A stretch of DNA of 64,000 bases from Mizuhopecten yessoensis. Its lineage: Eukaryota. This document shows, piece after piece, positions 40,201 to 53,283 of the stretch; position 1 is the first letter of the stretch; the number at the start of each line of letters is the position of its first letter. The notes below the pieces were generated by a model. The model saw only the letters and a program-made list of their open reading frames with translations, was not told where the DNA came from and searched no databases. Both the position numbers and the translations under genes were made by a program. The stretch lies in the NCBI RefSeq assembly GCF_002113885.1, contig NW_018403901.1, positions 162,742-226,741 of the forward strand, in the 5' to 3' direction.

Positions 40201-43200
40201 TATGCCTTGCAGTACTGACAAATACAAACCTACCAGTAAGTAGTATGCCTTACAGTGCTGACATATACAAACCTACCAGTAATAAGTATGCCTTACACTA
40301 CTGACCAATACAAACCTACCAGTAAGTATGCCTTACACTACTGACAAATACAAACCTACCAGTAATAAGTATGCCTTACAGTACTGACCAATACAAACCT
40401 ACCAGTAAGTATACCTTACAGTAATGACATATACAGTAGGCAAGTTTATCCTCACTGACAAATAAAGACCTACCTGTGAGTAAATGTAAATTGTAAATGT
40501 GAATCTATATGTAAGTAACTTTTTCTATAATGACAAATACGAGCCTACCTGTTAGCAAGATTTTCTTACTAGCAAGTACACAAGTAAGATTTTTGTTACT
40601 TGAAAAATACAAGTTTACCTGTAAATACGTTTCTTTAGTGAGAAATATAAGTTAATGTGTTAATATATTTCTATACTGACAATTGCAAGCCTACCTGTAG
40701 ATCATCTTTGATATACTGACAAATACAAGTCTACCTGTAGATAATCTTTGATATACTGACAAATACAAGTCTACCTGTAGATAATCTTCGATATACTGAC
40801 AAATACAAGTCTACCTGTAAACAGGCTTTGACTCACTGTCAAATACAAGTCTACCTGTAAACAGGCTTTGACTCGCTGTCAAATACAAGTCTACCTGTAA
40901 ACAGGCTTTGACTCACTATCAAATACAAGTCTACCTGTAAACAGGCTTTGACTCACTATCAAATACAAGTAAGTCAGCGAGATATCCTTTCTGAATGGTG
41001 GCTTATATACGACATCTCTTCGCTTTGTCGCCCGCGAAAACCCGCCAAAGCAAAATAGCTAAATAACGAAAAGCAGCTGTAATAATGTTAAGAATGGATA
41101 ACAACATTACAACACAAGTATAAAATATCACAGTCAGTTATGCATGTAACGCAGACTAAAAGATACTCATATGTAAAACAAAAGGAATTAGTGATAGCAA
41201 ATATTCTTTAACCGTACTTTGAACTCGGCGAGAGAGGAACGAAACATATAACATCTTGTGCAAAATCAAGATAGTTAAAACTGCATTGAATCCTGTTTAA
41301 AATACTATACTTTCTAACATTTATTCTACTTCTCTGGCAGTAAAACGAATTGATCGTAGATTACGACGTGGGACTAAAAAACACACAATCTAAAAGTGCC
41401 CGCCTATGTTCGAGGCTAGGAAGATTAAAATGCCTACAAGTGTCAGCGTAAAGCATGGAATTGTAGTCGACGTGTGCCTTAAAACATAAACATTTCAAAA
41501 ATTTACGCTGGACAACTTCGACCTGGTGAATTAAATATGTTTGGTAAGGAGACCGGATCTGACAACAGTATTCTAACTGACCCCTGACAAGACTTATATA
41601 TAAAGACCTTAAAACAGGTATTTGTGTAAAACTTTTACATGTACGTTTTATAAAACCGAGCATTCGCATTGATTTGGAAACAGTACGTCTAATGTGGGTA
41701 CTAAAACTCATCGAAGATGTCAGCCAAACACCAAGATCTTTCACACACATTTCATTCTTCAGGTTCTAACCGTTCATAGTGTAATTAAAATTCATACATT
41801 TCTTCTTGTTTGTAAAAATGACCTGGCAGCACTTCTTCACATTCACTTTCATTTTCCAAACATTGCACCAATCATACACTCTATCTATATCGCTCTGTAG
41901 TTGCTCATACCCAGACAACGTTCTTACAGACTTAAAATATTTGCTGTCGTCGGCAAACATAAGAGTTTTAGAAAATTTCACAATAGATGGCAGTTCATTG
42001 CTAAAAACAAGGAAAAGTTTAGGTCCAAGTATCGAACCTTGAGGCACACCGGAAGTTACATCACACCAACCGGATGTTGCCCCATTGACAGTAACACGCT
42101 GGAATCTGTCTTCCAATTTAGTAGTTAACCAATCTAAAATGCTACCTTCTACACCATACAATTTTAACTTATGCAATAATAATCTGTGGTTTATTTTGTC
42201 AAATGCCTTTGAAAAATCAGTATATACAGCATGTAATTCTACTTTTTTTATCAAACATGCAAGGTTTGAAACAGTAGACCTTTTTGGCATACAACCATGT
42301 TGCTCATCGCAGATAAGCGGATTTATAAAATTTGAAAAATGTACGTCAACCAGTTTTTCGAAAACTTAAGATATAATTGGTAGCAAAGAAACTGGTCTGT
42401 AATTAGAGACTTCATTATGTTTACCAGATTTAAAAATGGGAATAACATTAGCCCTTTTTAAAATATTTGAAAAGATACAATGTACCATCTTTCAATGAAC
42501 GGTTGAAAATGTTACACAGTGTACATATAACTCATCAGCACACTCTTTAAAAACTACGCCAGATATGTTGTCGTAGCCACAAGCTTGTTTTACATCTATT
42601 TGTGTAAGTGCCTTCTGAACATCAGTACAATTCAAAACAATATGTAGATATTTAATTCAATCCTACATTGTAATTACAAAATGATATCATTGTCACGGAT
42701 CTAGAAGGTAGGGAATGTGTTGATTATCATACATCATATCATCATAGACATAATTGATTGTGATAGGTACCTTTGAAGTTTAATATTTCTGTTGACAGCC
42801 CCGTCTACAGCGTGTACAAGCACCGTGTCACTGACGGCCAGCACCACGCTGCAATATCTGACGTCACCAGACTTTCCTAGCCAGCAGAACGCGTACGTAT
42901 TTTACGTACTTTCTCAGACAAATGTATTTTTTTAACGGGTAATGTTAACTGATAGTTGTGTTTTATATAACTGTTTTTTATACATTGCTAATATCACTTG
43001 TTACTTTATACTATTCCCGAAATCCACGACTATCTCTAATGTGTAATTCATCGGGACTATGACACATTTGTAAATTTCCTTTAGGCTCCTTAAGTTTAAA
43101 AGATGAATATCGAATTAAAAAGTATTTGATCTAATTGGTTGGTCAAATTTCATCAGATTTGACACCTGTACCTGGCTGATAAGCGCGAGTAGTGGCTCCA

Positions 43201-46200
43201 GTACTCTGACCGTCAATGTTGTGTTCCTGGACATCGATGGAGAGGAGATGCTTTCTATATACGATGGTAAGGGACAACAGGAATGCCTACATTATATGGA
43301 TCAACCAATATAAGATTTTTTTTTAAAGTAGGGCGTAATTACGCCGTCTATTTGTTGTAAGGTAACATTCCGAAGTCAAATACTTTCCATAAAAATGTGT
43401 TTCCCTTGAAGAAACCTGTCAAAATTTTCCAAAAATTCAGAACTAGTTACATATTCGCATTCTTCTATTCAACTTAGTAGAATCAAAATTCGACCCAAAT
43501 TCAACCATACGAAACACATGATATATAATAACTTGTTTATGAAAAGTGCCTATTTCATGGTGAATCGTTCTACATGTACTCTTGTGTCAATCTGGAAATT
43601 TTATAATTTGGTGTTTTTCACAATTTATTATGTCCACATATATTCGCATTCTGCATATAATGCGTCTATGAGACCGATTTTGTTGAAATTGATGAAATTA
43701 ATAATTTTGTACAATATGTATATTTGAGTTCAATACCGGGCGCATTCGGAACCCTTTTGAAACATGGTAATACAAAAAAGCACAGAAGAAATCTGACTGC
43801 GACCGATATTGTGTCGTCATCATAGATGCCAAAGCGCAATAATAAGAAACTGTGGTTTATCTGTTTGCGTCTCTTAAATTTTTGTATATGTATATGTCAT
43901 TAACTGTCAAGGTTCGGACAATACTGCGACCCAGCTGGTCAGCCTCAGCAATGATAGGACAACCTTCACGGACGGGTCAACAGTGACCACCACTGGTGAC
44001 AAGGCCTACATACAGTTTAGCACCGCTGTCATGGATTCCGTCCGGTTAGGGTTCATCGTGTCTTACAACGAGTCGAGCTCCACTGCGACGACAACGGCGT
44101 CCGCGCTGACAACAGGTAAGTAATCAATCGACGTCCACGCTGACAACAGGTAAGTTATCAATCTATGTCCATGCCGACAACAGGTAAGTAATCAATCGAC
44201 GTCGACGCTGACAACAGGTAAGTAATCAATCGACGTCTACGCTGACAACAGGTAAGTAATCAATCTATGTCCACGCCGACAACAGGTAAGTAATCCATCG
44301 ACGTCGACGCTGACAACAGGTAAGTAATCAATCGACGTCCACGCTGACAACAGGTAAGTAATCAATCTACGTCCGCGGTGACATCAGGTTAGTAATCAAT
44401 CGACGTCCACGCTGACATCAGGTAAGTAATCAATCGACGTCCACGCTGACAACAGGTTAGTTAACAATCAACGTCTACGGCAACAACATGTTATTTATCA
44501 AACGATCTCAACAGCTACAACAGGTTAGTACACATTCGCGACCGCGCTGACAACAGGTTAGTAATCAATCTACGTCCGCGGTGACATCAGGTTAGTAATC
44601 AATCTACGTCTGTCTGTAGCAACAATAGCGACAACAAGTAAATAAACAAACAACTTCCACGGCGACAACATGTTAGTTATTAATCTACGTCCACGGCGAC
44701 AACAGGTTAGTTAACAATCGACGCCCGCAGTGATATCAGGTTATTAAACGGTTGACGTCCGCGATGACAACAGGTAAGGCATCAGTGGAACTTTGGAATG
44801 ACGACGAGTATATGATCAGTCGATGTCCCGGGCAACAATAGTCAACATTTTGAGACAGGGGTAACAACTGCTATAGCTTTTCTAGAGTAGCCGTTTAATT
44901 AATACAATCTTATTAAACCACGAGTTAGACGACCTAGGTTATTGTGGATATCAAGCCGGTTTGACAACGAGCACGTTCACATGCATGGACAAATAAATCG
45001 TTTAGTAGCGTCTTGTGTGAATATCAGTGAGGAATGAAATGATCCGGATGAGGATTTTCTTTAAAATAATAAAAAAATAAACAAATATTGCATCGAGAAT
45101 TGACTCATCAAACCCTTCTAATACTTAGTCGATCTCATTCAATAATTCTTTACGGATCATACTTTTAAACTAATATTTCTTTCTCTTTAAGGAATACCTA
45201 TACACTCAAGGGCATACTACAGTATATGCATTATCTCATTTTCTATCTAGTTGCCACCACGTCTGCCGCTCCAGTCGTAGCCACTACAACCTACACGGCC
45301 CCTTCAGCGTGTGACTCCGGAACCATCACCATCACCGCAACGTCCGGGTCATCAGGATACATCACCACACCCGACTACCCGGAGTTCTACGGACAGTAAG
45401 CTATTACTCAAATCTAATTGGTTTGATCATATGTAAATATGTCTGAAAATGACGCATAAAAGAGAAGAACAAGAAGTCAGCCAGGGAAGGGGCACCTTTG
45501 GTTCACATGATTTTGCAAATACTGAAACAAAATGTTGCCAACGAATTTGTACAAATGCTTTTAGATAAAATCATATAAATAGCAATTTACATTTGGGATG
45601 AAAACTGTGTCTGCCTTTTGGTCTAAAATAAAAGGAATGGCCAAGGTTTTGTTTCTCATTATGTTTATGACATTTAGTCAATGGTACCTATTGAAACACT
45701 ACGTGAACTTACATAATAGTTTTCTATGTAGATTTATTGCAGGTTTCTGATGGTACTACTATAACACAAATATAAGCCATTCCGTAACATCGTTTTGTAG
45801 TGTCAAATTTGGGGGGGGGGGGGGGGGGGGNTCTCTTGTTGTGCTCCGGAACTGATCATGCTCTTATTTCTCTTCCGGTTTTCCCAAAAGTGCATGTTCT
45901 GTTATCCCAAAATGTTATATTATTTACTGTTACCGATGCTGACGATGTTGATGTTGTCCACTTCCATAGTAACCTGGCCTGTAGCTGGGTGGTACAGGCG
46001 TCTGCAGGAGAACAAATATCACTGACTGCAGTCGACTCGTCGCTGGAGGACAGTGACGGCTGTAGTGGCGACGTGGTCTCCATCTACGACGGTACGACAA
46101 CAACACAGATAACATAGGTCGTTTTATTGAACTGGTGTTCCGAAACATTTCAGATTTCTATTGGTTACGTCTTGTAACACACCCTGCAGTTACTAATAAT

Positions 46201-49200
46201 GATTAGCCGAAGTCGTCTCCCCCTTCTTACAGTATCACTGAAAAAAACTATTGTATTAGTTGTAGAATGTATTTATTCAGCCTACCTACATTTACTCCTG
46301 GAGATATAAACTAGTTTGTACTAAAACATTTTTAGAGTTGGTCTTTCAGTTGATTTTATTTTCATATATACATGGATGGCACTTGATCTAAACTTATATT
46401 TTGGTATTCTTTTAAAGGCTCCACTACAAGTTATCCTCTCCTGGCTAGTTTCTGCGGAACTACATACCAGAGCGTTAACGGAACCGGAACTAGTATTCTC
46501 GTAGTCTTCACGTCTGACGGATCTTCATCAGATAGAGGCTTCAAGTTCCAGTACACAGTCACTGCTCAAGGTAGGTTTTATGGAATGAATGTAATGGTCT
46601 ATTTAACTCTAAAAATAATTATGCTAGTCTAATAAACTTTTAAAATCAGAATATATATAGCTACCTGCTTAGTGTTATAGGGTTCAACGTCAACGTATCC
46701 GAAACTCTCATTATGACTATTCATCTCATAACATTTTCGACAATATTTGTGCGCAGACCAAAACGTTTAACAGTCTTTAATGCATTGCGAAATTCCATCT
46801 AACGCGTGCGTCTTTAAATATACCTAATTGTAGCACTGATGTAAATGATGCCGAAGTCTGAAGCAATGAGAATAACTTTGCCTTAAGTTCATCTGCTGTC
46901 CGTTTTCTCCTCACATTTTGATTTATTTCCATTATTTATTTTAGCATTTGAAACAGATTTAATTTGATCTTTTTCTTTGGTCAAAATGTGCATATTTCAT
47001 GTTTCAATCATAATTTCAGAAACCCCGACATGCGTAGACAGCGGAAGAAATATTACCAACCTGAACGCCACAACCACTGTTCAATACTTCACCTCCGATA
47101 ACTACCCGAATGACTACACAAGGTAAGGCTGATACTACATTCATTACAGGTATTTAATTGTTGAAATTTGCTTTTATCGCATTCATGCAGTGATGCAATT
47201 TAGTTGGGCTTCAAACAAATGTTAGACAATTAGACATTAGACAATATTCGCACTAGTTTTTATTTAAATATCTTATTAATATAGTTTATCTCGAGCCTTT
47301 GTAATTCTTCAATTAGATCCTTGAATACTGGACTTTTGATGTTCATCAATGTTACATATACATTGTATATTGTACATGTACCTACTGAACACGAAAATAG
47401 CCTTCGTTGTGTCTGTGGTATTTACAAATATATCGTAATCAAATGCTATATCAGTGTGTAAACAGTGTGCCTAGACAACAACTGCATTCGTTGATACAAA
47501 GTTATGTATGCATTTCGGTAAAAATAGTTTTACATGATCACAGTAATGATTGTTGTGTATTCCATTAGCAATGAAGACTCTCACTGGCTGATCTACAACC
47601 CTTCTGGTGTTGGTGTGATCAAGGTAGCGGTGGAGGACTCCCGAATAGAGGCCAGTTATCCATGTTCTTACGACAAAGTCACCCTGTACAAAGGTATGTA
47701 ACACGTAATTGGAGTATTGAACGATAAACGCAATTAATAGTTTTAAATAAATATATTTGAATATAGTAAATTCACCTACGCTACAAAGCCGGAACGTCTT
47801 TGCTTTTACTCTTTATTACCTTGGCATGCTGAATTGCTTTTAGATTCATAACAATTTGCAATCAAATTTTAGATTTGGATACTAGTATTATATATGGAAT
47901 TGTATTGCTATTTTTGTTGTCCAGAACAGGTGGGTTTATTATGTTCACGATACCAAATCGACTGGCTTAAAGATGGTACTTTGCTTACAAAATATCAGTA
48001 TCAACGTCAGCTGTAGATCAGGATAAGAACATAATGCTTCAAATATCGTGACGTTCTTTAGCAAAAAGCATGTTTCAAACTGTTGTCAGTTCCTGCACAG
48101 TTTATAATAGCTATTCGTTCATCTATAACAGGTCCCTGTGAGTCTTACCCTGTCCTAGGGACATTCTGTGGAGAAGAAAAGCCGGTGTACTACCAAGACA
48201 CCGGAAGTTACGTATACGCGAGGTTTGTTTCGGACACCGACTCCAACTACAAAGGGTTCCGAGTCTCCTACGTTCTCGTCGATGGTAAGATATTTAAAAA
48301 CATGTAGCTTTAATATAATTTTTATCAAACAAGCGTTTTCCAAATTTCAAAGATTCCGAAATTCCATAAGATCAATGTGATTTTGATGTTTTGCTTGTAT
48401 AAAAATGAATCTGAGATTGGATTGTGTCGACAGCTTCAATGAATGTTATCTCAATCTGTCCTGTCGGCTAATCTACCCACACATATTATTGTATTAATGG
48501 CTGCTACAAACAACATATGTTGTCATAACTATTTGATGGCCAATAGCCGATGCTTGTCATCTTTTGTCCCTTTTCTGCGACATTGATTTTCCATTACGGG
48601 TATGTCCTATTCGTTAAGCAACACTGGGAAAGCGTGTTCCGTTTGTTCGCCGTTTATTATCCTCGCAAAAGCTAAATTCATAAGACTTGTGCCCGAGGAG
48701 AAAACGACGAAGGAAAAAAAGGTGATAGAAAAGAACGGATATAACTCTATGAGTGGCGATTTTAATGTCTCCTGTGCAGAGAATACAGACAAAACTATGA
48801 GTCTGCAGGGTACCCAAATGGCATACTTTATCATGCAGAAGGATTTCGATACATATAGCTATTGGCTTTGGGCACACAGGGTATTTCTGGTAGCTAAGCC
48901 ATACCCTATGCATAATGATATCAATATAAGTAATTTGTTATAACTAATATGTATGTATTTTATTCTCTTACAGAGGTACCATCTTCAACCAGCACTTACC
49001 TGATAATTGGCGCCATTGTAGGTGGCGTGTTGGGGGCGATAATTTTAGTCGCTATTGGATTTGCCGTTTACAAAGGAATTAAGAAGTACAAGGCTGGAAA
49101 GACGTACAGAACCGCTTCCAAAGTGTCTGTCGATAGTGATGACGAGGAGAACCACACCCCCGCTCGCAAACCAACCAAGGGAGGGGTGAAGTTGGACAGC

Positions 49201-49224
49201 CTCCTCGTACAGAAAAAGTCCTGA
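34272..49224 (+). CDS. 4xCUB-domain type I membrane protein, gene 1 (complete, 14 coding exons, about 640 aa)
   Basis: Exons 34272-34335, 34782-34887, 38624-38754, 38949-39110, 42799-42892, 43157-43266, 43912-44115, 45251-45395, 45970-46091, 46418-46570, 47020-47122, 47569-47693, 48132-48284, 48974-49224. All are GT-AG; total 1923 nt. Each CUB domain spans three exons with motifs such as SP(G/D), CxW, CSYDxLxIYDG, FCG and FxSD...GF. A Thr-rich linker is present, then TM LIIGAIVGGVLGAIILVAIGFAVY and a basic/acidic tail. Confidence 0.93.
34888..38290 (+). repeat. 69/72-bp minisatellite derived from the CUB gene 1 exon-2 tail plus splice donor (about 49 copies)
   Basis: Unit GGAGAGTAAGGATGTCCTTTACCTGTACATCCGGGGTATCATACTCCTC|GTAAGTACTGGTGTAGGGTA aligns with the exon end GATGTCGAGTACCTCTACTCCCCGGGATGGAGGATATCCTACTACTC|GTAAGTAC. 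Confidence 0.9.
39111..40970 (+). repeat. 40/43-bp minisatellite derived from the CUB gene 1 exon-4 tail plus splice donor (about 32 good copies to 40440, then diverged copies)
   Basis: Unit CAAATACAAACC(C/T)ACCA|GTAAGTATGCCTTACAGTACTGA; the exon ends CAAATACAAACCCACCA|GTAAGTAT at 39110. Confidence 0.95.
41091..42650 (-). mobile_element. Degenerate non-LTR retrotransposon (CR1/L2-type RT), 5'-truncated
   Basis: RT motifs NYRPVSLL, YTDFSKAFDKINH, GVPQGSILGP, FADDSK, KDLGVW and LEYC, broken by frameshifts. Confidence 0.93.
44116..44780 (+). repeat. 34-bp minisatellite derived from the CUB gene 1 exon-7 tail plus splice donor (about 19 copies)
   Basis: Unit GACGTCCACGCTGACAACAG|GTAAGTAATCAATC; the exon ends GGCGTCCGCGCTGACAACAG|GTAAGTAATC at 44115. 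Confidence 0.95.
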
Positions 49225-52200
49225 TGACCGCCTGATTGTGAAATATTTTAGTGGAATAGTCATATAACAGAGGACAGTCTGAGTGCAAATTTGTCCTAAA
49301 CAACAATAATTTACATATATTTTTAATGATTTAGTGTCGATGTATGCTGGACATCCAGTATTTATACATATTTCCTAGTTCGATTAGTGTAACTTTGAAC
49401 TGAAAATTAGCTTTTTATACTAGATCAGTGTAAATAATCGTTCAACAGTATGTGTAATAAAATGAGATGAAGAGTTGTGACGAATTCAGAAGGTACTGGT
49501 ACCATGTTACATACGTTACTGGTATGTACAATAAAAGTCTCTAGTTGATACAGAAATAGTTTGGAAGAGTTGTCTCCCTTATTGTGGTTGTTTAATTTAC
49601 AAGAAATAGGACTTATGACTTTGTTTTGTTAAATATCTCTTTGATGTTCGTATTTTAGATAGTAGAAATGTATAATATTGTGTAAATACATTGTATCAAC
49701 ATTCCAAATACATTTACATATTGTACTAACCATTATTTCAATGTTAACTGAAGGCGTTATCACTTTTTGTTCTATGTTATCTGCAAAATGTGGTCGCATA
49801 AATTCTGTGAGATTACTAAAGCATTAATAAACGTTTAATTGTACTTTAATTGTTGCAAATGTACAGAATTTAACTTAAGAGTGTTTATTTTCCGCAATCC
49901 GACTTCATGAATATGTTTTATTGAAAATTAGATAAACGACCTATGCTACATGTATCTTCGGGTGGTGACATACAAAATTATTATTAACAATTAGACTGCT
50001 ATATACTACAGTAATTTGCAAAGTTATTTTATGATCAATGCCTTTTTATAATACATATGTTACTTTAAGATTGAGCAGTTCGGAAAAATGAAATATCAAA
50101 GTGTTACTTTATACACAAACGAGTAACCTATTCTATACAGTGTTTATAAAGTGTCCTATGGAATTCACAACCTCGTCACATAGCTGTACAGGTAAACAAT
50201 ACAAACCGCTCACTCAGTCATAGCTTGACAAAGGGACCAGTTAGGCTTGAAACGTTGGGACACGTTTAATACGTGCATTGTTTGAGTATTAAGTTTAACT
50301 TTGTTCGGTCTAAAAATTACTATTGATGCATACAGAGAGCCATTATATACAAGGGAGATTCCTTGTCGTATAAAATCAAACAGGACATAGAAAGTTCGTC
50401 TGCTAATCTTGTCGTGTTTACATTTGACATTGATGGGATTGATTTTAAAATGTTTAAAATATGATGCGTGAACCGTCCGACGCATACATATAATATTAAT
50501 AGGCTACCCACGTGTTCCTGTTTACAAACAATATGCTTCGTCTTACACTTGGACAGGAACAACAGGGTAAGAGAAAAATAATCATTCACCCCCTCGGGGA
50601 TGAGATAGGGGGATCTCAACCCTTGGGGGAATATTCAAAAAATCTCCCCCCCCCCGCCCCCNNNNNNNNNNNNNNNNNNNNNNNNNNNNNNNNNNNNNNN
50701 NNNNNNNNNNNNNNNNNNNNNNAGTATATTTATATTAATCTATCAAATACTAAAATTAAATAACATAGGTTTAATATATTTTTGGTTTCTTCTGTCTTTC
50801 TAGAATATGGCGACCTCTCGGTTGTAAAACTGGAAGCTTGTCTACTATGCTATGCAGTCAAGATACGTTTGTAGTTTTAACACTTTCTGAAACATTACTG
50901 GTTATACATACATGTACTTTCAAACTGCTCCAACTCCCTAAAGTGACCCGCAACCTATAATAAGTGTCTTTGTCACAGCTAGCTATATAGACACCTGTCG
51001 TGACTGAGAAAAAATACTAATACACTTAAAATAGAAATGTAATGAACTCGTCCATGGCGAAAATACATATATTTTTTAGTTTCTAACTGCTGTAACATCG
51101 GTGGTATTTGGTGGATTTGAGCATACATGGTCTTAAACTGAAGGAGAAGAACCAGTCTTCAAATCAAGCTATAGCATTACAACGGTTCTGGAAAGTGTGT
51201 GCACAAATTCGAAAGTGGAACTTAATAAACATTTCAATTTTGTTTAGTCGGACAACTACACGTAAAAAAAATAGTGTACACTATATGTAACAGGGTCAAC
51301 ACGTTTCGACTAATGGGCACAGTCTCGGATAAGAAATATACTAGGAGACTAGTCTATATCCTTTCTTACACTTATTCGAGAAATTAACAACAACCATTTT
51401 TCCTGGCTTACTTTCAATGTATACGTCTCCTGTCGTTGCCCCCGTGGCTTCTATCAGGGCATAACAAATGAACCAGATACCCAATGTGTATCGAGTATCC
51501 TGAAAAAAAAATCAACGATCAGGCCTACTCAGCGATCGATAGTTTACCTTTCTATTGTTAGTTACGAGTCTTAAATATTCCACGCTTTTAAAATACTATA
51601 GTACTTGCATATGTGGAGCAGAAAAATAGGATGGGGATTCACAAATTGATTTTTTTCATTGTTTTGTTTCTTTGTACAGACCTAACATACAGCGTTTTCC
51701 GAAAGACTTGAGGTAGCCAATTTGTACAGATAACAACAGGACTGCGTTAACGTTTGTATAAATGTGCTTGATTGATTTTAAAGACGATCGACGTAAGCCG
51801 TATGCCAGTTACTATCATCCGTTAGAGCATATAATATATTTAAATGTACTCTCCACATACGTTACAATTATCGATTTGCATTGCATTTATTTGAAATTTC
51901 TTTATAAATGCTAAAAAAAATCTTATTCGGTGGTGTCGCTTTTTAGGAACTTTCAGTTTGTGACTTCCGTATGATTATTGATGGTCAATAGATGGGAGAA
52001 ACAGTTTACATGTGTTGAAAAGGTAAAGAGCATTCCATATGGTGTTAGAAGGCATTTTACTTACATATCCTGTTTTATGTTGACTTAGTTCTCTGAAGTA
52101 TATAGCTGGTGCACAACGTGCATTTCAAATAATGAGTAAAATATGATATACATCAGAGCTGAAGTCAACACGTAATACAAAAGTTACCATGTTGTTGAAA

Positions 52201-53283
52201 AATAATTCTCTAGTCAGGAAAATATGGAAAACAATCACAGTGCATTCGTTCCTGTCCCATTGGACCCTCCTATTAACGTGTACAATGATCTGCTCTGCAT
52301 AGCACAACTGATAGCAATCCCTTTGTTGATTGTATGTTCCAGTCGATATAATCAAATGTACAGTTAAATATCTCTTAGGTATTTAAGTACCACTGGAGAC
52401 GTGTAAGCGGACACAAGTATGCAAGTCACCTTGATATATACATGGTATGTACGAGAAGTCCATTCAGACAAATTATAGGCTATGAATATGTTTTTTAAAA
52501 ATCCATTCCGACGTGATATTCACGGTCGACAGTTCCATTATATAGCACAAAAAGATAGCTACGTGTTTGAAATGACCCAAGCCAGTCAGCGCTTTCTGTG
52601 TTTTAGATAGTCTGCCCGACAGGAATTAGTAGCGGCAGTTTGTCAGACTATATATAATTGACTGAATCGTTTACGCTGCCCTACCTCTGAATGGACAAAT
52701 GGTCGTTTTTGTACAGGTAATTTTAGTTGTTCGAAATAGGTCAGAAACGTAATTAGTTAGAGATATCTAACAACGTCTACGTAAACAGAACGGTGTTGTC
52801 GTAAAATCGATTGGGAGCTGTAGGATAAGTGGATTTCTACGACCATCTTAAAGGCATAGTTTAATTATGTAAAGTTCCTTCTAAAATGTCTGTTTTACAT
52901 TTAACGAAATTTATGTGATTGTTTATAACAGTATTTTGTCACTTTATATATAAACAAACTGATTATGCTGCGAATCTGGTCTGCCAAATGCTGTTGTGGT
53001 TACCATGTATGAAATTGATATGCGTAGTATTTAGGTTTTGAACACGGCATTTGTTCAGAACAGCCTTGTCACACAAATCACAAGTGATTGTGGGACTTTA
53101 TTATATATTCCTGATAAAAAAGAATCCCTTAGCAAGCCTAAGTTTGTGTCGGGTACCAGTAAAGGAGGCAGACTAGCGGTAGCTGTGTGGAGAGAGGACA
53201 TTACCCGACATTAATGTCCTCTCGGCCAACCTTTGTGACACTGTAAACACTCTGTTACTGGGTGATACTTGTTTACACACAGG

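Noticed and set aside
1-44780. CRISPR-like reading of the 34-43 bp repeats
   Set aside because: Units are head-to-tail with no unique spacers, there are no cas genes, and the context is eukaryotic introns.
48602-48943. 113-aa ORF in the last intron of CUB gene 1
   Set aside because: No recognisable motif; the flanking exons join in frame without it.
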